Shown here piece by piece: positions 59,666 to 64,000 of a stretch of 64,000 bases of DNA (the first letter of the stretch is position 1; the number at the start of each line of letters is the position of its first letter). The notes under the pieces are model-generated. The model was not told the DNA's origin and ran no database searches. It saw nothing but the letters and a program-made list of their open reading frames with translations. Source of the DNA: the human T2T-CHM13v2.0 reference genome, Homo sapiens. The position numbers and the translations under genes were made by a program. The stretch is taken from the NCBI RefSeq assembly GCF_009914755.1, contig NC_060928.1, one strand, 5' to 3'.

Positions 59666-61949
59666 AATAACTCCTTGGGCAATAACCACCATTGTGACCC
59701 AGTAGAGGTAGGAGAAATTGACTGAAGAAGACAGAAGTAAAGAGAAGTAGGAAGACAATAAAATAGTGTGGAATCAAGGAATGGGAAAAATCTCAAGATC
59801 TCTTAAAATTGCCAAATGCTGCAGGGTAACACTAAGGAAGTCACTGGAATCTTGAAGCTCCAATAGAATGAAAACGAAGTTTCAGGAAAGCCAAATTTTG
59901 AAGTGTTAATGAGATGGCAACTGGTAAGGAAATAGCATTAAAAGGCAAGTAGGAAATAAATTAGTAGATTGAAGGTATACTACACTCAAACAAATGTTTC
60001 TGCAGAACTAAGGAATTCTGTGCATTTTTAAGTGAGAGGAAAAGAAGCCACAGAAGAGAGCTTTAGCTGTTGATATTCTAGGGTTTTTTGATTTTTTGAG
60101 CGTTTCTTTGGTTTTGTTTGGTTTTGTTTTTCAGAAAACTAGTGATAATGTTACCATTTATTGCCACCTAATATGTGTCAAGCACTGCAATAGATACTTT
60201 TCACTTATATTTTACCAATTATTGTACCTATTTTATAGATAAGGAAATGAAAAATTAGGGGCATATTCTGACAAAAATCAGCCATCTGTTAAATGGTGGA
60301 GCAGAGAATCTGCTACTTGGTGTGCATTCACTTTCCATTATGCCTCCCAGTCTCCAAAATGCCAATAGTGCTGGCATGAGATAATCTATCAGAAACTCCT
60401 CAGGAAATGATAGATGAAATGAAAGAGCCTGGATATAATCCAAAAAGATTTCCAGAGATTTCTAATAAGAGCCCTAAGAATTTATTTCAGCAAAATGAAG
60501 TCCCCTGAGGCTTCTCTTCTGTGCCCATTTACTATAGGTGATAACATGTAGTTAGATATGCCTTGAAATTTGTATCAGGAATAAATTAGTTTGAAGGTAA
60601 GCAAGCTTATTTTCTTTTATCAGATAAAAGAATATATAATCTTTTTGCCTTTTAAATTAGGAAAAACCAGAAACCAAATTAATTACTCTGCTGAGATAAG
60701 AGATGGACTCCAATACTCAAACATATGTATTCCCCAGCAACTTTGTTTTTCTTTCATTTTTTCCTGTTTTATGCTTATTTTTAAGTTCTTAAGTTCTTTG
60801 GAGATCCTTTGGGAAAGTGAGTGGTATATATGTAGGTTTATGTTTTATATACTATCTCATTGGTTGGTTGTTGTCTCTGGAGAGAGCTGAAGAATTGATA
60901 GGTTTTTAACAGGAACATATGCTAGTGAGGATATTCCAGGTGGAAAGATAATATAGACAAATGAGCAGAAAGCAAGCTAGCCCTGAGAGTTTCAGAGCAC
61001 AAAGAGTTTGATGATGTTATAGAAATACAGAATAGAATTTTCAAATTAATAAGTTGTGGCTTACCATGCAGAAAGGAGAAGAGAGTCTAAAAATCCCCTA
61101 GATAGATAGAGTGGACAGCTCTATACTCTCAGCTTGCCTTAAAGTTAGAAATGACATTGTGTGTATTCTTATGCAAATCAATATGCAGAACTAACCTAAC
61201 AGTGCAAACAAGCCATCCAGAATCTTTATCCAAGAATTTTTTGTCTTCCCAAGAAACTCTTTGGTGTCTTCAGGGGTTATTGTAACACAGTGAAGTTTTG
61301 GGCAGGGATACCTTGAACCCAGAAGGGAGGGTTTTGAACAAGGTATCTTGTGACACAGGGAAGTATGGATACTTCTGGAAGAGAAGGAGTTCATAAGGGC
61401 TTCATTGATGGTTCATGAGACACATGTAGGGGAATAGTAGGAGATGGGGGCTAGAAAGGAAAGTTTAGGTCACAATTGAGGACTGTGAATGTCAGACAGA
61501 GGAATCTGTACAGCAGAAGCTCTTTTAATGGATGCCCAATCAGTTCGCTCCTTAGATAATCAATGCTTCTCATTCTGTCTGTAGAACTTGTTCACTGATG
61601 CCCCCTGTGCCTGAGCTTGGGAGATTAGTCAGCCTTTCTCCACAGCTGCTGGCATTTCTGATCCCATTATCTGAATTCAAGGCTTACCAAGAATCCATTG
61701 CCTTTGCTCCTAAGCCTGTTGTGCCTTCTGTATTTGTAACTGGAATTATGTAACGTAATTTAATGCTATGTAACTTGATAAATTATGAATGTAGAGGAAA
61801 TGATGGAAGAAGATTTTCTGTGACACGTAAGTACAATGCTTTGGAGATAACTGATAAAAATTGATTACCTAAAATAATTGATGTCAAATTAACTGTGAAT
61901 AAGAAAGTTATTTTTTTAATTGGAGAAAATAACTAAAACTCCAGAAAGA

Positions 61950-62112
61950 GGCCTGGTGCAGTGGCTCATGCCTATAATACTACCACTTGGGAAGCCAAGG
62001 CAGGAGAATTTCTTGAGCCCAATTGCTTGAGCCCAGGAGTTCAACACCAGCCTGGACAACATAGCAAGACCCATCGCCAATATATTTTAAAATAATAATA
62101 ATAAATAAAAAT
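61950..62112 (+). mobile_element. FLAM/AluJ monomer
   Basis: ggcctggtgcagtggctcatgcctataat...ttgagcccaggagttcaacaccagcctggacaacatagcaagaccc. Confidence 0.8.
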
Positions 62113-62480
62113 AAAACCCCAGAAGCATTCTGGGCTTAGATTGCTTTACAGTTATCGTTAAAGTTTTATTCCACTTTAAAGCAATTGAAACCACAGATCA
62201 TAAGATGATGGAATCTGAGTGTGGTTAGATAAGGAGGCACCTTTGAACTCCACCAGAGGACTCATGCTCAAGACTGGGCCCTGGCTCCTAGCACATGTGG
62301 CTGCCCATGTTTCACATCAAATATAAAATATTAGGGTGTTTACACAGCATTTCTATGATTCTCTATTTTAACTGATATGTTCTATTGATCTCTTGAGAAG
62401 CCACGAAAGATTTTCAAGCAAGGAAGTGACATATTTAAGACAATTAAGGTATAATTTATTTCTAATTATTAAACATTTTA

Positions 62481-62605
62481 GGCCATGTGCAGTGGTTTAT
62501 ATCTGTAATCCCAGCACTTTGGGAGGTCGAGGCAAGATTGTTTGAGGCCAGGTGTTGGAGATCAGCCTGGACAACAGCATGAGACCTCGTCTCTTAAAAA
62601 AAAAA
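62481..62605 (+). mobile_element. FLAM monomer
   Basis: ggccatgtgcagtgg...ctgtaatcccagcactttgggagg...gagacctcgtctctt plus A tail. Confidence 0.8.
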
Positions 62606-62792
62606 TTAATCTGCCTTTCAACATGAAAACTTCAATACAGGAGAACTGAAAATATGTTCACTTGAAGGATGACTTAAATAGAATTCCTTCCATAATTTGA
62701 TTTGAAATCAAGGTATGAAGACAGCAAGACGTTGTGGGTAAGAATTCAGGTGCTGAAGGCTGACTAATAGCTTTAAATCCTGGCATTACCAC

Positions 62793-64000
62793 CGATATGG
62801 TTTGGCTCTGTGTCTCCACACAAATCTCATGTTGAATTGTAATTCCCAGTGTTGGAGGAGGAGCCTGGTGGGAGGTGACTGAATCATGAGGAAGGACATC
62901 CCCCTTGCTGTTCTTGTGATAGAGTTCTTACGAGATCTGGTTGTGTGAAGTGTATAGCACCTTCCCCTTCCCTCTCAATCTCTCTTCTGCTGGCCATGTG
63001 AAGATGTGCTTACTTCCCCTTCACCTTCCTCTATGATTGTAAGTTTCTTGAGGCCTTCCCAGAAGCAGAAGCCTGTACAGCCCACAGAACCATAGCCAAT
63101 TAAACCTTTTTTCTTTATACTCAGTGTCAGGTATGTCTTTATAGCAGTGTGAGAAAGGATTAATAAAGAAAACTTGTACCAGAGAAGTAGAGCATTGCTA
63201 TAAAGATACCTGAAAATGTGGAAGCAACATTGGAACTGGGTAATGGGCAGAGGTTGGAACAGTTTGGAGAGTTCAGAAGAGGACAGAAAGATGAAGGAAA
63301 GTTTGGAATTTCCTAGAGACTTGTTGAATGATTGTAACCAAAATGCTGATAGTGAAATGGACAACGAAGTCCAGGCTGAAGAAGTCTCAGATGGAGATGA
63401 GGAACTTATTGGGAACTGGAGTAAAGGTCACTCTTGCTATGCTTTAGCAAAGGGACTGGCTGCATTGTACCCCTGCTCTAGGGATCTGTGGAACTTTGAA
63501 CTTGAGAGAGATGATTTAGGGTAATCTGACAGAAGAAATTTCTAAGCAGCAAAGCATTCAAGATGTGACCTGGCTTCTGCTAACAGCATAGGCTCATATG
63601 CATGCACAAAGAGATTATCTGAGACTGGAACTTATATTTAAAAGGGAAGCAGAGCATAAAAGTTTGAAAAATTTGTAGCCTGACCATGTGGTAGAAAAGA
63701 AAAACATATTTTCCATGAAGGAATTCAAGCCAGCTGCAGAAATTTGCAAAAGTAAAGAGGAGCCGAATGTTAATACTCAAGACAATGGGGAAAAAGCCTC
63801 AAAGTCATTTCAGAAACCTTCTCGGCAGCCCCTCCCATCACAGGCCCAGAGGCCTAGGAGAGAAAAATGGTTTTGTGAGCCAGGTCCAGGGCCCCACTGC
63901 TCTGCACAGCCTCAGGACATGGCATCTTGTGTCCCAGACACTCCAGCTGTGGCTAAAAGGGGCCAACGTACAGTTCATGCTGCTGTTCCAGAGGGTGCAA
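62793..64000 (+). mobile_element. MaLR MSTA-like 5' LTR (62793-63167) plus internal region running off the window
   Basis: gatatggtttggctctgtgtctccacacaaatctcatgttgaattgtaat; internal gaaaatgtggaagcaacattggaactgggtaatgggcagaggttgg (MaLR gag-like ORF 63216-63524). Confidence 0.88.

Overview
Human (primate) genomic DNA from the IL21 locus, not a microbial window. The minus strand carries IL21 coding exons 1 and 2 (3113-2946 and 2838-2803), with the promoter at about 3150-3420; intron 2 runs off the left edge. The remaining ~61 kb is the IL21 upstream region, which from prior knowledge is transcribed on the + strand as the lncRNA IL21-AS1; its exons cannot be fixed from sequence alone. The region is dense in repeats (Alu, L1, L2, MIR, MaLR, ERV1 LTRs, MER DNA transposons). 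The only other long genuine ORF is an intact 1275-aa ORF2 in a 5'-truncated, human-specific pre-Ta L1 (34737-38956). The least expected structures are local inverted duplications. One is a ~415-bp, ~96% identical inverted repeat (31910-32323 / 33771-34188). The other is a 148-bp inverted copy of nearby DNA inserted inside an Alu with junction microhomology (42001-42148 / 42976-43123). Each brackets a MER3 element. Also present: a nested AT-rich palindrome (46770-46842), an LTR12 solo LTR inside an Alu, and several candidate T-cell enhancer motif clusters. I found no convincing new protein-coding system. Repeat subfamily names come from recalled consensus sequences and need RepeatMasker/Dfam confirmation.
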